A stretch of 64,000 bases of DNA from Patescibacteria group bacterium (GCA_041666205.1 JBAYHI010000002.1:725-64724); one strand, 5' to 3'. Shown: positions 22,932 through 33,537, numbered from the stretch's first letter. Notes: generated by a model from the sequence alone, not told the origin. Numbers and translations: made by a program.

Positions 22932-24077
22932 GTGGCAACATCCCATCCAAAAACATGGGTGGAGATATCGAGTGCCGCGCTCGCGGCCAATATTTCTGCT
23001 CTAAAAAAAATGCTTGGGCCCGACACGCAGTTGTGCGCGGTCGTCAAAGCCAATGCCTACGGGCACGATATCGAAACCATCGCACGCTTGGCGAGCACGT
23101 CGGGTGTTTCTTGCTTTGCGGTTGATCATCTTGATGAAGCACTCGTGGTGCGATCACGCTTGTCGGATGCAGAAATCATCATCTTGGGGTATGCACCCCC
23201 GGAATGGGCTGACACGATTGTTGAGAACCGGTTTATTCAAACTATTTACAGTGAGGAATCGCTCAAAAATCTTTCCGACGCCGCGCTTCGAGCCCGAAGT
23301 CAGGCACGCATCAATTTGAAAATCGAAACTGGAACGCATCGGCAGGGAATTGAGCTCAAAAAACTCTGGGGCTTTTTGCGCACCATTCGTCAATACGAAA
23401 AAACCATTGAGTTCACGGGTGTCTCATCGCATTTCGCTGATGCAGAAACTCCGGGAAGCGCGTACAGCGCCTATCAAATGGAACTGTTCGCCGAAGCACT
23501 ACGACTCATAGAAGAAGCAGGCCTTGCTCCTCGGTATAAACATTTTGCGTGTTCGGCTGCGATTGTGCTTGATCCAAATACGCATTTCAATCTTGTGCGA
23601 AGTGGCATTGCCTTGTACGGAATCTGGCCGTCAGAGGCGGTGCGACGTGTGAATCGTGTTCGTCAAAATGCGATCGATCTCCACCCAGTGCTTGCATGGA
23701 AAACGCGCATTGCTCAAATCAAAGAGCTTCAGCCCGGTGAATGCGTTGGTTATGGCATGACGTTTCGCTCAGATCGACCGCTGCGCATTGCGGTGCTCCC
23801 GGTCGGATACAGCGACGGGTATCGTCGCGTCTTTAGTCGCAAAGCCTCCGTCCTGGTGCGTGGTCATGCGTGCCCAGTGATCGGCACGATTTGCATGAAC
23901 ATGATGATGATTGATGTGTCTCAATTGCCCATGGTGAAAGAAGGCGACATCGTGACATTGCTCGGGCGTGATGGCATGCATCAAATCTCTGCGGAGGAAC
24001 TTGCCGAGTGGGGCAGTACGATTGCCTACGAAATTGTAACGCAAATCAATCCGCTTCTTCCTCGCCTTGTTGTATGA
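22932..24077 (+). CDS. alr: Alanine racemase
   Basis: AVVKANAYGH PLP lysine, VRSGIALYG, GYSDG, TIAYEI. Confidence 0.97.
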   Translation: MATSHPKTWVEISSAALAANISALKKMLGPDTQLCAVVKANAYGHDIETIARLASTSGVSCFAVDHLDEALVVRSRLSDAEIIILGYAPPEWADTIVENRFIQTIYSEESLKNLSDAALRARSQARINLKIETGTHRQGIELKKLWGFLRTIRQYEKTIEFTGVSSHFADAETPGSAYSAYQMELFAEALRLIEEAGLAPRYKHFACSAAIVLDPNTHFNLVRSGIALYGIWPSEAVRRVNRVRQNAIDLHPVLAWKTRIAQIKELQPGECVGYGMTFRSDRPLRIAVLPVGYSDGYRRVFSRKASVLVRGHACPVIGTICMNMMMIDVSQLPMVKEGDIVTLLGRDGMHQISAEELAEWGSTIAYEIVTQINPLLPRLVV

Positions 24078-24979
24078 ACATGCGACGAAGAAATTTCATG
24101 AGACGCGTGCAGGCAAATCGTTACGATGCCAAGACGTTTAAGAATCCGCTTTTTGGTGATCGTGGCGCCTTGCCTCGATGGAAAAAATATCTCCTGAGTT
24201 TCTTCGTGGTTGCTTTCTTGGTTGGCATCGGGTGGCTCGTATTCTTTGGACCATTCTCCACGATCAAGACGATTGCCGTGAGTGGTCTCACCACCATTCC
24301 AAATACATTTATTGAAGACGCAGCACGCACTCAAATGCAAGGGAACCGTTTCGGGATCGTGCCACAATGGTCGCGCTATACCTTTTCGGTTTCCCAATTT
24401 GCGCAAACGCTTCAAGATACCTATGACTTCACCTCGTTGTCTGTGGTGATGGATGGGCGCACACTGAACGTCGTTGCAGAAGAACGCGTATCAGAGCTTG
24501 TGTGGAAGAGCGGGGATCGTATGCTGTTTTTGGATCTCACAGGCATGGCAACACGATCGCTGTATGATTATGAGCTTGCGCAAATCTATACGCGATTAGG
24601 GCAACAAACCGTCTATATCTACGACGGCACGCAAGCACTCCCACTTCAACCGAGCATTCCAATTCTTGTCGACGTGAGTGCAACGCCCATTGAATCAAAT
24701 AGCGAGGTGCTGAGCCCTATGCACGCGGAAACAATCATTGCGTTTGATAAAGCGGCGCGTGCATTGCAATTGAACCCCATGTTTTACCAGATTGAAAAGC
24801 CGCATGCGAATTGGCTCACGGTTCAAATTGCGCAAGGATGTAAAATTCTTATCGATGGAACGCGGGGGGTGGGGGAGCAGGAGGGGGTGCTCGAGACGGT
24901 CCTTAAAGAGTACCGAGATCAACTCTCAACCTTGGAGTATATTGATATTCGTTTTGGGGATCACGTGTATATTAAATAG
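24074..24979 (+). CDS. FtsQ/DivIB-like protein
   Basis: Basic N-terminus, single TM, POTRA-like IKTIAVSG, C-terminal YIDIRFGDHVYIK. Confidence 0.7.
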   Translation: MNMRRRNFMRRVQANRYDAKTFKNPLFGDRGALPRWKKYLLSFFVVAFLVGIGWLVFFGPFSTIKTIAVSGLTTIPNTFIEDAARTQMQGNRFGIVPQWSRYTFSVSQFAQTLQDTYDFTSLSVVMDGRTLNVVAEERVSELVWKSGDRMLFLDLTGMATRSLYDYELAQIYTRLGQQTVYIYDGTQALPLQPSIPILVDVSATPIESNSEVLSPMHAETIIAFDKAARALQLNPMFYQIEKPHANWLTVQIAQGCKILIDGTRGVGEQEGVLETVLKEYRDQLSTLEYIDIRFGDHVYIK

Positions 24980-25088
24980 GGATGGAGACCGGGATTTTGG
25001 ACGTTTTACGACACTCATGTTTTTGTCATGTGTCGAGAGAGGGGAAGAGAATAAATCGTGTTTAGAAATAATAAAAAAAATTGTTTCC

Positions 25089-25116
25089 GTAGGGAACAAT
25101 AATTATTGTTCCGTAC
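25089..25116. repeat. GTAG-type REP palindrome
   Basis: gtagggaacaataattattgttccgtac, 27/28 identical to 60926-60953. Confidence 0.85.
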
Positions 25117-25240
25117 TAAATCAAATTTTTTATATTTAAAAAAATGAATTCCTAATTTATAATTTATAAATAAAGAAAACCTTATAATAATTTATATAAG
25201 GTATATAAGGGGCCGATGCTCAGAGCCCGAAAACAGGCCT

Positions 25241-25270
25241 AGTGTCGTATAAGATATATTGTGCGACACT
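25241..25270. other. Putative dif (Xer recombination) site / replication terminus
   Basis: AGTGTCGTATAA-GATATA-TTGTGCGACACT inverted arms around a 6-bp spacer; core resembles E. coli dif (GCATAA-N6-TTATG); AT-rich intergenic region at the strand-bias switch. Confidence 0.7.
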
Positions 25271-25342
25271 CACCTTTTGCTATTTTTGAGAGTCTCCAGG
25301 CAGGTGTGCGCCCTTCTCTGTAGCCCCCCTTCCCTTGCCATT

Positions 25343-25386
25343 TGTGTCATTGCGAGGAGGCACACTTGCCGACGAAGCAATCTACA
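25343..25386 (+). repeat. GTCATTGCGAG-type palindromic repeat
   Basis: tgtgtcattgcgaggagg-N8-ccgacgaagcaatctaca; flanks identical to 32718-32761. Confidence 0.85.
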
Positions 25387-25471
25387 CGATTGACGAATTA
25401 TTTAAAATCAAGTGAAATAAAATAAATCTTTCGGAAAGATTTTTCGAACTTCCTTTGTGTGTGGAGGGCTC

Positions 25472-25840
25472 ATGCAAATAAGTTTCGAGGTCCAGATTCC
25501 TGTTAACGGCACTGCCCCAGTACAGGCCCCGGTCTGTCTGCGCGGCCGTGGTGAAGACATCTATCGTATCAGGGATCTCGTTCACATGGGGCCAACGAAG
25601 ACATTCGTGAGGCGTGAACCGGGCGAAGTCCTCGAGCGGAGTGAACCCCTGCTCATTCTGCAGGGACATGGCGTGACACTGCTAAGCAGTGACGTTCGCG
25701 TCCGCATCGTGAGCGTTGAACGTGAACCGCACCGCGCGTTTTTCACGGTAAGCCTCGAGGTCGCGTCGTCTGTGGATATTCAGGTTGTCTCCGCCCAATT
25801 CAACGCGTCTGAAGGCGCAATTGAGCTCATGACAACCTGA
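25472..25840 (+). CDS. Hypothetical protein (ORFan-like)
   Basis: 122-aa ORF with GGAGG SD and a downstream GC hairpin; no recognisable family. Confidence 0.6.
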   Translation: MQISFEVQIPVNGTAPVQAPVCLRGRGEDIYRIRDLVHMGPTKTFVRREPGEVLERSEPLLILQGHGVTLLSSDVRVRIVSVEREPHRAFFTVSLEVASSVDIQVVSAQFNASEGAIELMTT

Positions 25841-25928
25841 TACGTGCTCTCCCCTTCTCGCGTCCGATCTCTCGGGCGCGTTCGTCGTTTTAAGACACTT
25901 CCCTATTATTTCCAAAATTTTCGATCCC

Positions 25929-26163
25929 GCCAGCTCGAGCATTGTCAAAGAGGAATCCGGCGTTCGGACAGGAATTGCACGGCCACCTCCGGCACATCCA
26001 TAATCAAAGGGCGGCCACATTGGGCCGCCCCTACGGCAATAATTGCCGGACGACTGGCCGTGCCCTGACCGACGACGGATATGAAAAATGCGCCTCTTTG
26101 ACAAGCACAGACCTGGCGGCAGTTTCTTTCTCTCCACTTTCTTTGCTGTCAAAGAAAGTGGAG
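25929..26163 (-). repeat. Long structured repeat element, copy A (candidate ncRNA or MITE)
   Basis: Aligns along its length with the reverse complement of 63788-63990; nested inverted repeats. Confidence 0.85.
26008..26034 (-). repeat. GTAG-type REP inserted within structured element A
   Basis: Reverse complement gtaggggcggcccaatgtggccgccct; absent from copy B. Confidence 0.75.
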
Positions 26164-26176
26164 GAACATAATCTAA

Positions 26177-27358
26177 TTAAAAACTAATGTAGTCCTCTGG
26201 ATTCACAGGAATCCCGTTCAATCGCACTTCAAAGTGCAAGTGAGGGCCGGTGGAAAATCCCGTGCTTCCTTCGTAACCAATCACGTCTCCTCGCTCCACA
26301 AACTGGTCGGCTTCTACGTTGAAGCCCGACATATGCGCGTAGAGCGTTGCCAGACCTCCTTCGTGCACAATCATCACATAATTCCCATACGACGCTCCTG
26401 TGCGCGTCCAGGCCACAATACCGGGGGCTGCAGCTTTGATGGGCGTGCCATAACTCGTGGCGATATCAATCCCAGAATGTTGGCCGAATAATTTCTTAAA
26501 TGGGTAGGTTGGGTCGTGGAAAATCGCTGTAATCGTGCCCTGCATTGGCGCGCTCAAACTAGGCGCAATATCGAGCCCGTCATTATCCTGATCGCTCAGG
26601 CGTTGCTCAAGCTCATTTTGGAGCATGGAGAGCTCATTGGTAACCGATTGCTCTTCTTGGCGCAGCTCACTCATGAGCACGCGATATTGGGCTTCAGAGG
26701 ACTGCGTTTTTTGCACCAGAACGTCTTTAGCATTTTTTTGCTGATCGAGTGTTCCCTGCTCGGTTTTTAATTCATCTTGCATTGCCAAAAGATCGGCAAG
26801 CCCTTCTTCTTGTTTTGTCTGCTCATCTTGCAGTCGGTTTTTTGTTTCCTTGGTCGACGCAACCGCTTTTCCAAGATTTGCATTGAGGGTTTCTAGCTCT
26901 TCAATGTGCGCGAATAATTCATCGAAATTCTCTGCATTAAAAAGAACATCCACCACTTCGATGCCCTGATTTTTTTGTAATTCGAAAATCATTTCACCAA
27001 GCAGTTCCTTTTGCTTTTCAAGTGAAGCAGTTTGCGCTTCAATTTCGTTTGCGATGAGCTGTAGTTCAAGATTTTTTCCATCAATATCGGCTTGCGTGCC
27101 TTGAATTTCAAGCTCGAGTAATGCCGTTTGATTTTCAATGAGCGCGATATCATTCAACAGACTCGCTGCTTGCGTATCGAGCGTTTTGATTTTTGCACGA
27201 TAGCTATCAATTTCTTTTTGGATATTTTCGGCTTGCGCTTTCTTATCTGCGATGTCTTTTTGCATGCTTTTCACATCGCCTTCCGCGAACGCAAAATGAG
27301 CAATTCCAATGGTGGAGATTGCCAAACATGCAATCAGAATGAGGCGAAATCGTCCCAT
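26177..27358 (-). CDS. Coiled-coil M23 family murein endopeptidase (EnvC/CwlO-like)
   Basis: Signal peptide, long coiled coil, HSGID, YAHM, STGPHLHFEVR. Confidence 0.92.
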   Translation of the reverse strand: MGRFRLILIACLAISTIGIAHFAFAEGDVKSMQKDIADKKAQAENIQKEIDSYRAKIKTLDTQAASLLNDIALIENQTALLELEIQGTQADIDGKNLELQLIANEIEAQTASLEKQKELLGEMIFELQKNQGIEVVDVLFNAENFDELFAHIEELETLNANLGKAVASTKETKNRLQDEQTKQEEGLADLLAMQDELKTEQGTLDQQKNAKDVLVQKTQSSEAQYRVLMSELRQEEQSVTNELSMLQNELEQRLSDQDNDGLDIAPSLSAPMQGTITAIFHDPTYPFKKLFGQHSGIDIATSYGTPIKAAAPGIVAWTRTGASYGNYVMIVHEGGLATLYAHMSGFNVEADQFVERGDVIGYEGSTGFSTGPHLHFEVRLNGIPVNPEDYISF

Positions 27359-27365
27359 GCGTTTA

Positions 27366-28808
27366 TTATACCAGTTTTTGCAGTGCAACCTCAATTCGGT
27401 TGAGAGATTCGTCTTTCCCAAGCACCCACAGGAGTTCAAATGGACTGGCGGATTTTTCTTGGCCTGAAAGCGCTACACGTAAAGGCCAGAGCACATTGCC
27501 AGCCTGGAGCCCGCCTGCAGTCATATACGACCGGATGGAATCCTCGATTCCTGCAAGATCGTCAAACGAAACGGAATCTAGTTGCGCTTTAATATTTTCG
27601 AGTTGAAGTTTTGCGTCTGCAGCGTCGGATTTTTTCCATACAAGAAGTGACGCATCGTAATCCGAATTTGTTTCGTATGCCGAGAGTTTTGCCTGAAGCT
27701 CATCCAGTCGGTTCACGCGTCCACGCTCGATGAATGCCGCTTTCCACATGGTTTCGTCGCCGGTGACGAAATCCTTCGCAGCGGCCTTGAATTCGTCAAA
27801 CGTCATTTTTTGCAGATATTGATTATTCATCCAGTCGAGTTTTTCCTTGTTGAGGATGGCGCTCGATTTATTCACGCGCTTCAAATCAAATGCATCAATA
27901 AGTTCCTGAAGCGTGAAGATTTCTTTTTCTCCTGATGGATTGAACCCGAGCGTTCCCACGAAATTCAACAGTGCATCGCGCAAATATCCTTTTTTCAAAT
28001 AGTCCTCAACCGATACGTCGCCTTGGCGTTTTGAGAGTTTGGAACGGTCTGGATTAAGAAGCAGTGGCAGGTGTGCAAATACCGGCACGGCAAGCCCGAG
28101 CATCTTGTAGAGCATCACATGCTTTGGTGCGCTTGGAAGCCATTCTTCGCCTCGAATAATGTGGGTGATATTCATGAGCGAATCATCCACAACCACGGCC
28201 ATATGATAGGTCGGAAATCCGTCGGATTTGAGAATGACCTGATCGTCGATATCGGCATTATTGAATTTGATGGTGCCACGAATTTCATCCTCAATAATCG
28301 TCTCGCCTTCCGGCACTTTCATACGGATTACAAACGGTTCGCCCGCAGAGATTTTTTGCTGGACTTCATCGGGCGTAAGCGAGGCACATCGTCGATCGTA
28401 CTTTGGCGTTTGCTTGGTGGCTTGTTGTGCGCTGCGCATTTCCTCAAGTCGTTCCTTGGAACAAAAACAGTGATACGCATCGCCTTGCGCAAGTAATTGG
28501 TCAACGTATTTTTTGTAGGTTCCCAAGCGTTCAGATTGAATGTAGGGGCCAACATCACCACGCTGAATCATTTTTCCATCCTCGAGAAATGGGCCTTCAT
28601 CGTGTTCAATTTTTAGTGCGTTAAAAACGCCAAGCAAATTTTCCGTGGCGCCCTCCACAAATCGTTCGCGGTCCGTATCTTCAATACGAATAATAAATTT
28701 TCCTTTGTTCTGGCGCGCAAAAAAGTAATTGAAAAGCGCGGTGTGTAAGGTCCCAATGTGCACGTAGCCCGTTGGCGATGGAGCAATGCGAGTTCGAACT
28801 TCGTTCAT
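27366..28808 (-). CDS. gltX: Glutamate--tRNA ligase
   Basis: RIAPSPTGYVHIG, IRIEDTD, RGEEWL, KLSKR. Confidence 0.98.
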   Translation of the reverse strand: MNEVRTRIAPSPTGYVHIGTLHTALFNYFFARQNKGKFIIRIEDTDRERFVEGATENLLGVFNALKIEHDEGPFLEDGKMIQRGDVGPYIQSERLGTYKKYVDQLLAQGDAYHCFCSKERLEEMRSAQQATKQTPKYDRRCASLTPDEVQQKISAGEPFVIRMKVPEGETIIEDEIRGTIKFNNADIDDQVILKSDGFPTYHMAVVVDDSLMNITHIIRGEEWLPSAPKHVMLYKMLGLAVPVFAHLPLLLNPDRSKLSKRQGDVSVEDYLKKGYLRDALLNFVGTLGFNPSGEKEIFTLQELIDAFDLKRVNKSSAILNKEKLDWMNNQYLQKMTFDEFKAAAKDFVTGDETMWKAAFIERGRVNRLDELQAKLSAYETNSDYDASLLVWKKSDAADAKLQLENIKAQLDSVSFDDLAGIEDSIRSYMTAGGLQAGNVLWPLRVALSGQEKSASPFELLWVLGKDESLNRIEVALQKLV

Positions 28809-28809
28809 A

Positions 28810-29556
28810 TTATTTGTGAGAGGTGACGTTATCATAAAAAACCACGAGCGGAAAGACAATGACGGCGTTAAAAATACGTCCGATTCGGCTAGGTTCGAGG
28901 ATAAGTCTCCAGAGCCATTCGAGTCCAATTTTACGCATCCAGCGTGGCGCACGTTTCAAATCGCCTGAGAGCATATCAGCAGCACCCCCAACGCCAATGG
29001 TAATGCGAACGCTTGGGAGCAATGGAAGACGTGAAAAAAATGCGGATTGTTTTTCTTGTGGAAGCGCCAGAGCAATGATGTGCGGTGCAAAGATATTGAT
29101 CTTTTCCACCACGTCATTTGAAATCGCGAGTTCCCCATTCAAAAGATCAAGTGCGCCGGGATTCAGCCCCTGCACGTGAAGTCCAGGAAAATCTTCTGCA
29201 AGATGAATCGCTGCGCGTTTTGCGTGGTCCCCTGCCCCGCCAAGAATGAGAATTTTTTTCTGTTCGGTTTGTGCGAGTTTTGCCAGGTGCGCAAGCGTAT
29301 CGATTCCGCTTTGGCGCTTGGGCATTGTATTGCCTTGCAGACGAATCGCCAGACAGAGTCCAATTGCATCGGGAAGATGCAAATCTGCACGAATGAGTTG
29401 ATCTCGAAACGTTTTATTTTTTTGCGCTGCAAGAATCATCTCCGGATTTGGTGTCATGATTGTTTTTTGGTCCGTGCCATGCATCCAGCTCAAAAGAAGG
29501 TCCTCGAGTTCCGTGTCGGAGAGTACGTCAATTGGAATCCCAAGAACCGAGGTCAT
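28810..29556 (-). CDS. WecB/TagA/CpsF family glycosyltransferase
   Basis: TPNPEM, GVGGAAD, KRAPRWMRKIGLEWLWRLILEPSR. Confidence 0.92.
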   Translation of the reverse strand: MTSVLGIPIDVLSDTELEDLLLSWMHGTDQKTIMTPNPEMILAAQKNKTFRDQLIRADLHLPDAIGLCLAIRLQGNTMPKRQSGIDTLAHLAKLAQTEQKKILILGGAGDHAKRAAIHLAEDFPGLHVQGLNPGALDLLNGELAISNDVVEKINIFAPHIIALALPQEKQSAFFSRLPLLPSVRITIGVGGAADMLSGDLKRAPRWMRKIGLEWLWRLILEPSRIGRIFNAVIVFPLVVFYDNVTSHK

Positions 29557-29557
29557 A

Positions 29558-29956
29558 CTATTTTTTGAACGTAAAGAAAATGATCGATAACCCGCCCAGC
29601 AAATCACAGAAAAGATCGCCCAAAGAATCTTGAAGCGATGGTTGCGTATACGATCCAAAGAAATAATCCTGGGCGAATTCGAAGAATTCCCACACAATGC
29701 CGATGAGCCCGGCAAAGCAGACAATGAACAGAATTTTTGCAATCCATGGGCGCGCATTCAAGAACGTGTTTTTGAAAGAAATTGTGGAAACGTTTTCATT
29801 CCAAAGTGCGAGCCCGAGCATCCCCATGGCAGCACCTCCTGCAAAGTGCATGGGAATATCAATTGTCGGCCAATTCCAGTAGCCATTGATGAGCAAAAGC
29901 ACCACCTGAACGAGCATGACAGCGAACGCAGACTGAATGGCTAATTTATACGTCAT
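29558..29956 (-). CDS. Membrane protein (VanZ/DUF2238-like)
   Basis: DIPMHFAGG, WEFFEF, DSLGDLFCDLLGG. Confidence 0.7.
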   Translation of the reverse strand: MTYKLAIQSAFAVMLVQVVLLLINGYWNWPTIDIPMHFAGGAAMGMLGLALWNENVSTISFKNTFLNARPWIAKILFIVCFAGLIGIVWEFFEFAQDYFFGSYTQPSLQDSLGDLFCDLLGGLSIIFFTFKK

Positions 29957-29998
29957 ATTGTCCCCCATCATAGCAAATTACATCGATTTTCCAAGTTC

Positions 29999-30039
29999 TT
30001 GACGTCAAATCTTTAGCAATCTATAATACAGACTGCTAA
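29999..30039 (+). promoter_or_regulatory. clpB promoter with overlapping CIRCE (HrcA operator)
   Basis: TTGACG-17-TATAAT; TTAGCAATC-N9-GACTGCTAA at 30013-30039 versus consensus TTAGCACTC-N9-GAGTGCTAA. Confidence 0.85.
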
Positions 30040-30063
30040 ATAACGAGGCAAACCCGAATCCTT

Positions 30064-32700
30064 ATGAACATGCTTCCAAATAATTTCACTTCCAAAGCCC
30101 AAGAAGCCATTCAAATGGCACAAATGATTGCCAATGAAAATGGCCAGCAAGGCATTGAGCCAATCCATCTTTTGGCGTCCGTGCTCGCGCAAGATGATGG
30201 AATCGTCGTGGCGGTTTTGCGTAAGATGCAAAGCCCCATTCAAAAACTGCGCGCAAACATCGAAACAATTTTAGCGTCTCTTCCAAAAGCCATGGCGCCC
30301 GAGGTTGGTGGATTTGGTCAGGTCCTTTTGACTCCCCCACTTGCAAAAGCGCTTCAAGCATCTGCAAAAAAAGCAAAAGAGTTTGGTGATGAATATATTT
30401 CAACCGAGCATTTGCTCCTTGGACTATTGAGTGACCGAAACGTTGGTCGACTCCTTTCGCAACATCAAATTAATGAAGAAGGTATTTTGCTCGCACTCAA
30501 AGACGTGCGCGGAAATCAAAAAGTGGATTCCGCCGATCCAGAAGCTGGATTTCAAGCGCTTGAAAAGTACAGCGTCTCGCTTACGGAACGCGCGCGTCAA
30601 GGAAAACTCGACCCCGTGATTGGGCGTGGCGAGGAAATTCGTCGCGTGATGCAAGTGCTTGTGCGTCGCACAAAGAATAATCCTGTGCTCATCGGAGAAG
30701 CCGGCGTTGGAAAAACCGCGGTTGCGGAAGGACTTGCACAGCGTATTGCGTCGGGCGATGTGCCAGAGATTTTGAAGAAATGTGAAATCGTTTCGCTTGA
30801 TATGGGATCGCTTATTGCGGGCACAAAGTTCCGTGGCGAGTTTGAAGAGCGCTTGAAAGCCGTGATTCGTGAGGTGGAATCGTCAAATGGAAAGTTCATT
30901 CTATTCATCGACGAGCTTCATACCCTGGTTGGCGCTGGCAAAGGCGATGAGTCGCCAATGGACGCATCAAACCTCTTGAAGCCTGCGCTTGCACGAGGTG
31001 AGCTTCGTGTGATTGGAGCCACAACGATCAAAGAATATCAGCAACACATTGAAAAAGATGCTGCATTTGAACGTCGATTCCAGCCGGTGATGGTGAGCGA
31101 ACCAACCGTGCCCGATACGATTGCGATTTTGCGAGGCATTAAGGAAAAATACGAAATTCACCACGGCGTGCGCATTTCTGATCAAGCCATTCTTGCGGCT
31201 GCGGAACTCTCGAATCGCTATATTACGGATCGTCATTTGCCAGATAAGGCAATCGATTTGATTGACGAAGCCGCAGCTGCACTTCGCATGCAAATTGATT
31301 CCATGCCAGAAGAACTTGATCGCATGAAGCGTGAGCAAATGCGATTTGAAATCGAGCGCCAATCTTTGCTCAAAGAAGAAGGAAAGGAATCCATTGCGCG
31401 CTTGAAAGAAATCGAAAAAACAATTGCCGACATCAAAGAGAAATCCTCTGAATTGGAACTTCGCTGGAAAAATGAAAAGGATCTCATTTTGACGATCCGC
31501 AATTTCAAAAACGATATCGATCGTTTAACAATTGAAGCCGAGCAAAACGAGCGCGCGGGTAATTTGCAACGTGTTGCCGAAATTCGCTATGACGCGATTC
31601 CAAAAAAGCGCGATGAAATGGACGCAGCACAAGAGCAACTCAAGAAATTCCAAGAAAAGCGCGGGCTTCTCAAGGAAGTGATTGGTGCCGAGGAAATTGC
31701 TTCCGTGGTTTCCCGCTGGACGCATATTCCGGTTTCAAAAATGCTTGAAAGCGAAATGCAAAAACTCGTGGACATGGAGTCCAAACTCCGCGGGCGTGTG
31801 ATTGGGCAGGAAGAAGCAATTACCGCAGTAAGCAATGCCTTGCGTCGCGCGCGTGCTGGAATCTCCGAAGAAAAGCGTCCGATTGGATCCTTCATCTTCT
31901 TGGGGCCAACCGGCGTTGGAAAAACCGAACTCGCTCGCGCGCTTGCGGAGTTCATGTTCAACGACGAAGAGGCACTCATTCGCGTTGATATGTCCGAGTA
32001 CATGGAAAAGCATACGGTGAGCAAACTCATTGGTTCCCCTCCAGGCTATATTGGCTACGAGGAAGCCGGACAGCTCACGGAAAAAGTTCGTCGCAATCCA
32101 TATTCGGTTGTGTTGTTTGATGAAATTGAAAAAGCGCACCCCGACATCTTCAACATTTTGCTCCAAATTTTGGACGACGGACATCTCACGGATTCAAAAG
32201 GACGCAAAGTCAACTTCAAAAATACGGTCATTATCATGACGTCCAATACCGGGTCAGACATGATTTTGCATGCGGACACATCAGGGATGATTGGGTTCAC
32301 GAGTGACGCTAGATCAAACGAGGAAACCACCAAACATCGCGTTCTTGATCTGCTCAAGGAACAATTCAAACCGGAATTTCTCAATCGTGTAGACGAAATC
32401 ATTTTCTTCCATGCGCTCACGGAAGACAATATTGCCGACATCGTTGAACTCCAACTCAACGAAGTCTCTTTGCGCCTCAAAGAGCAACGAAGCATCACCC
32501 TTAAAGTCACAGAACGCGCCAAGAAATTGCTTGCCAAAAAAGGATTCAATCCGCAATATGGCGCTCGCCCACTGAAGCGCGTGATTCAAAACGAAATCCT
32601 CGATCCCCTTGCGCTTCAAATCGTGAGCGGCACGATTCCAGAAACCGCCCAAGTCTCCATTGACGCAGTCGACGGGAAGATCCAAATCAAAACGAAGTAG
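30064..32700 (+). CDS. clpB: Chaperone ClpB
   Basis: Two AAA+ modules ([16 protein letters not shown]), coiled-coil middle domain, GARPLKR. Confidence 0.97.
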   Translation: MNMLPNNFTSKAQEAIQMAQMIANENGQQGIEPIHLLASVLAQDDGIVVAVLRKMQSPIQKLRANIETILASLPKAMAPEVGGFGQVLLTPPLAKALQASAKKAKEFGDEYISTEHLLLGLLSDRNVGRLLSQHQINEEGILLALKDVRGNQKVDSADPEAGFQALEKYSVSLTERARQGKLDPVIGRGEEIRRVMQVLVRRTKNNPVLIGEAGVGKTAVAEGLAQRIASGDVPEILKKCEIVSLDMGSLIAGTKFRGEFEERLKAVIREVESSNGKFILFIDELHTLVGAGKGDESPMDASNLLKPALARGELRVIGATTIKEYQQHIEKDAAFERRFQPVMVSEPTVPDTIAILRGIKEKYEIHHGVRISDQAILAAAELSNRYITDRHLPDKAIDLIDEAAAALRMQIDSMPEELDRMKREQMRFEIERQSLLKEEGKESIARLKEIEKTIADIKEKSSELELRWKNEKDLILTIRNFKNDIDRLTIEAEQNERAGNLQRVAEIRYDAIPKKRDEMDAAQEQLKKFQEKRGLLKEVIGAEEIASVVSRWTHIPVSKMLESEMQKLVDMESKLRGRVIGQEEAITAVSNALRRARAGISEEKRPIGSFIFLGPTGVGKTELARALAEFMFNDEEALIRVDMSEYMEKHTVSKLIGSPPGYIGYEEAGQLTEKVRRNPYSVVLFDEIEKAHPDIFNILLQILDDGHLTDSKGRKVNFKNTVIIMTSNTGSDMILHADTSGMIGFTSDARSNEETTKHRVLDLLKEQFKPEFLNRVDEIIFFHALTEDNIADIVELQLNEVSLRLKEQRSITLKVTERAKKLLAKKGFNPQYGARPLKRVIQNEILDPLALQIVSGTIPETAQVSIDAVDGKIQIKTK

Positions 32701-32717
32701 CGCCTGCCAATTTTTAC

Positions 32718-32806
32718 TGTGTCATTGCGAGGAGGATGACAATCCGACGAAGCAATCTACAGGGATCAATCACGAGATCCTTCGCTGTCGCTCAGGATGA
32801 CGGCAG
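32718..32806. repeat. Inverted doublet of GTCAT-tagged palindromic repeats
   Basis: GTCATTGCGAG unit (32718-32761) facing a CTCAGGATGAC unit (32774-32806), just after the clpB stop. Confidence 0.85.
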
Positions 32807-32816
32807 AAGAGGTATG

Positions 32817-32840
32817 AACACCCGCCCTTGCGCGGGTGTT
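32817..32840 (+). terminator. Probable terminator hairpin
   Basis: aacacccgc-ccttgc-gcgggtgtt followed by tgcttt. Confidence 0.5.
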
Positions 32841-32882
32841 TGCTTTCGCGCACAATATAGGCAAAGAAATCTAATTTTCTAT

Positions 32883-33536
32883 ATGGGAGAACATGGATCA
32901 AATCCTGAACAAAATGCTCAACTATTTAAGCGTGACTTAACCCCGGAGCAAATTGCTGAAGCACAGGCTAGAAATGAACAAGCTTGGGAAGCGAGTCGCG
33001 TGGCTCGTCAACAAGAAATCGACGCTCGGGCTGCAGTGCGCGCGCCTGAAGCGAAGCAGGTACAGATGCGTAGAGAACAGGCAGAAAAAGAAGCGGCAAA
33101 ATATGAGCGTCGAATCCTCGATGCAGCAGCGAGTTTGGAAGCTCAAACCGGCGAAGCCATTCCACAGGAGGTGATCAAGTTCGTGCTTGGTTTAACCGCT
33201 GAGTTAGATAAACAAAAATTAGCCGAAGGATATTATGATGAGATGAAGGCCATCCTCGAGGCAGAGGCCGATCGTATCGACAAAGAAAAATTAGATAAGG
33301 CAGTTGTTGATGCTGAACGCAGGGCACAAGATGCAGCGGCAAGTATCGAAAGTCCCACGAGGAATATTCCAAGAGCTCCAACAGAAGCGTCTAAGACTCA
33401 TGTTCCAGAGCTTGTTGTAGACCAACCATTACTCGATAGTGCCACAGCTCATATTGGAAAACGAGAGGTTGCGCCAGTCCCAACACCAACCAAAAAAACA
33501 GTCTGGGGTACGATAAAAGGAATATTTGGACGATAA
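32883..33536 (+). CDS. Hypothetical helical charged protein
   Basis: 217-aa Ala/Glu-rich ORF ending KKTVWGTIKGIFGR. Confidence 0.7.
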   Translation: MGEHGSNPEQNAQLFKRDLTPEQIAEAQARNEQAWEASRVARQQEIDARAAVRAPEAKQVQMRREQAEKEAAKYERRILDAAASLEAQTGEAIPQEVIKFVLGLTAELDKQKLAEGYYDEMKAILEAEADRIDKEKLDKAVVDAERRAQDAAASIESPTRNIPRAPTEASKTHVPELVVDQPLLDSATAHIGKREVAPVPTPTKKTVWGTIKGIFGR

Positions 33537-33537
33537 T

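Noticed and set aside
25040-25210. AT-rich tract as replication origin
   Set aside because: No DnaA-box cluster or dnaA/dnaN nearby; gene convergence and the dif-like site indicate a terminus instead
25682-26187. ORFs 25682-26152(-), 25844-26068, 25942-26187 and 63783-63974
   Set aside because: They overlap the structured repeat; indels between the copies break frame, so they are not considered coding
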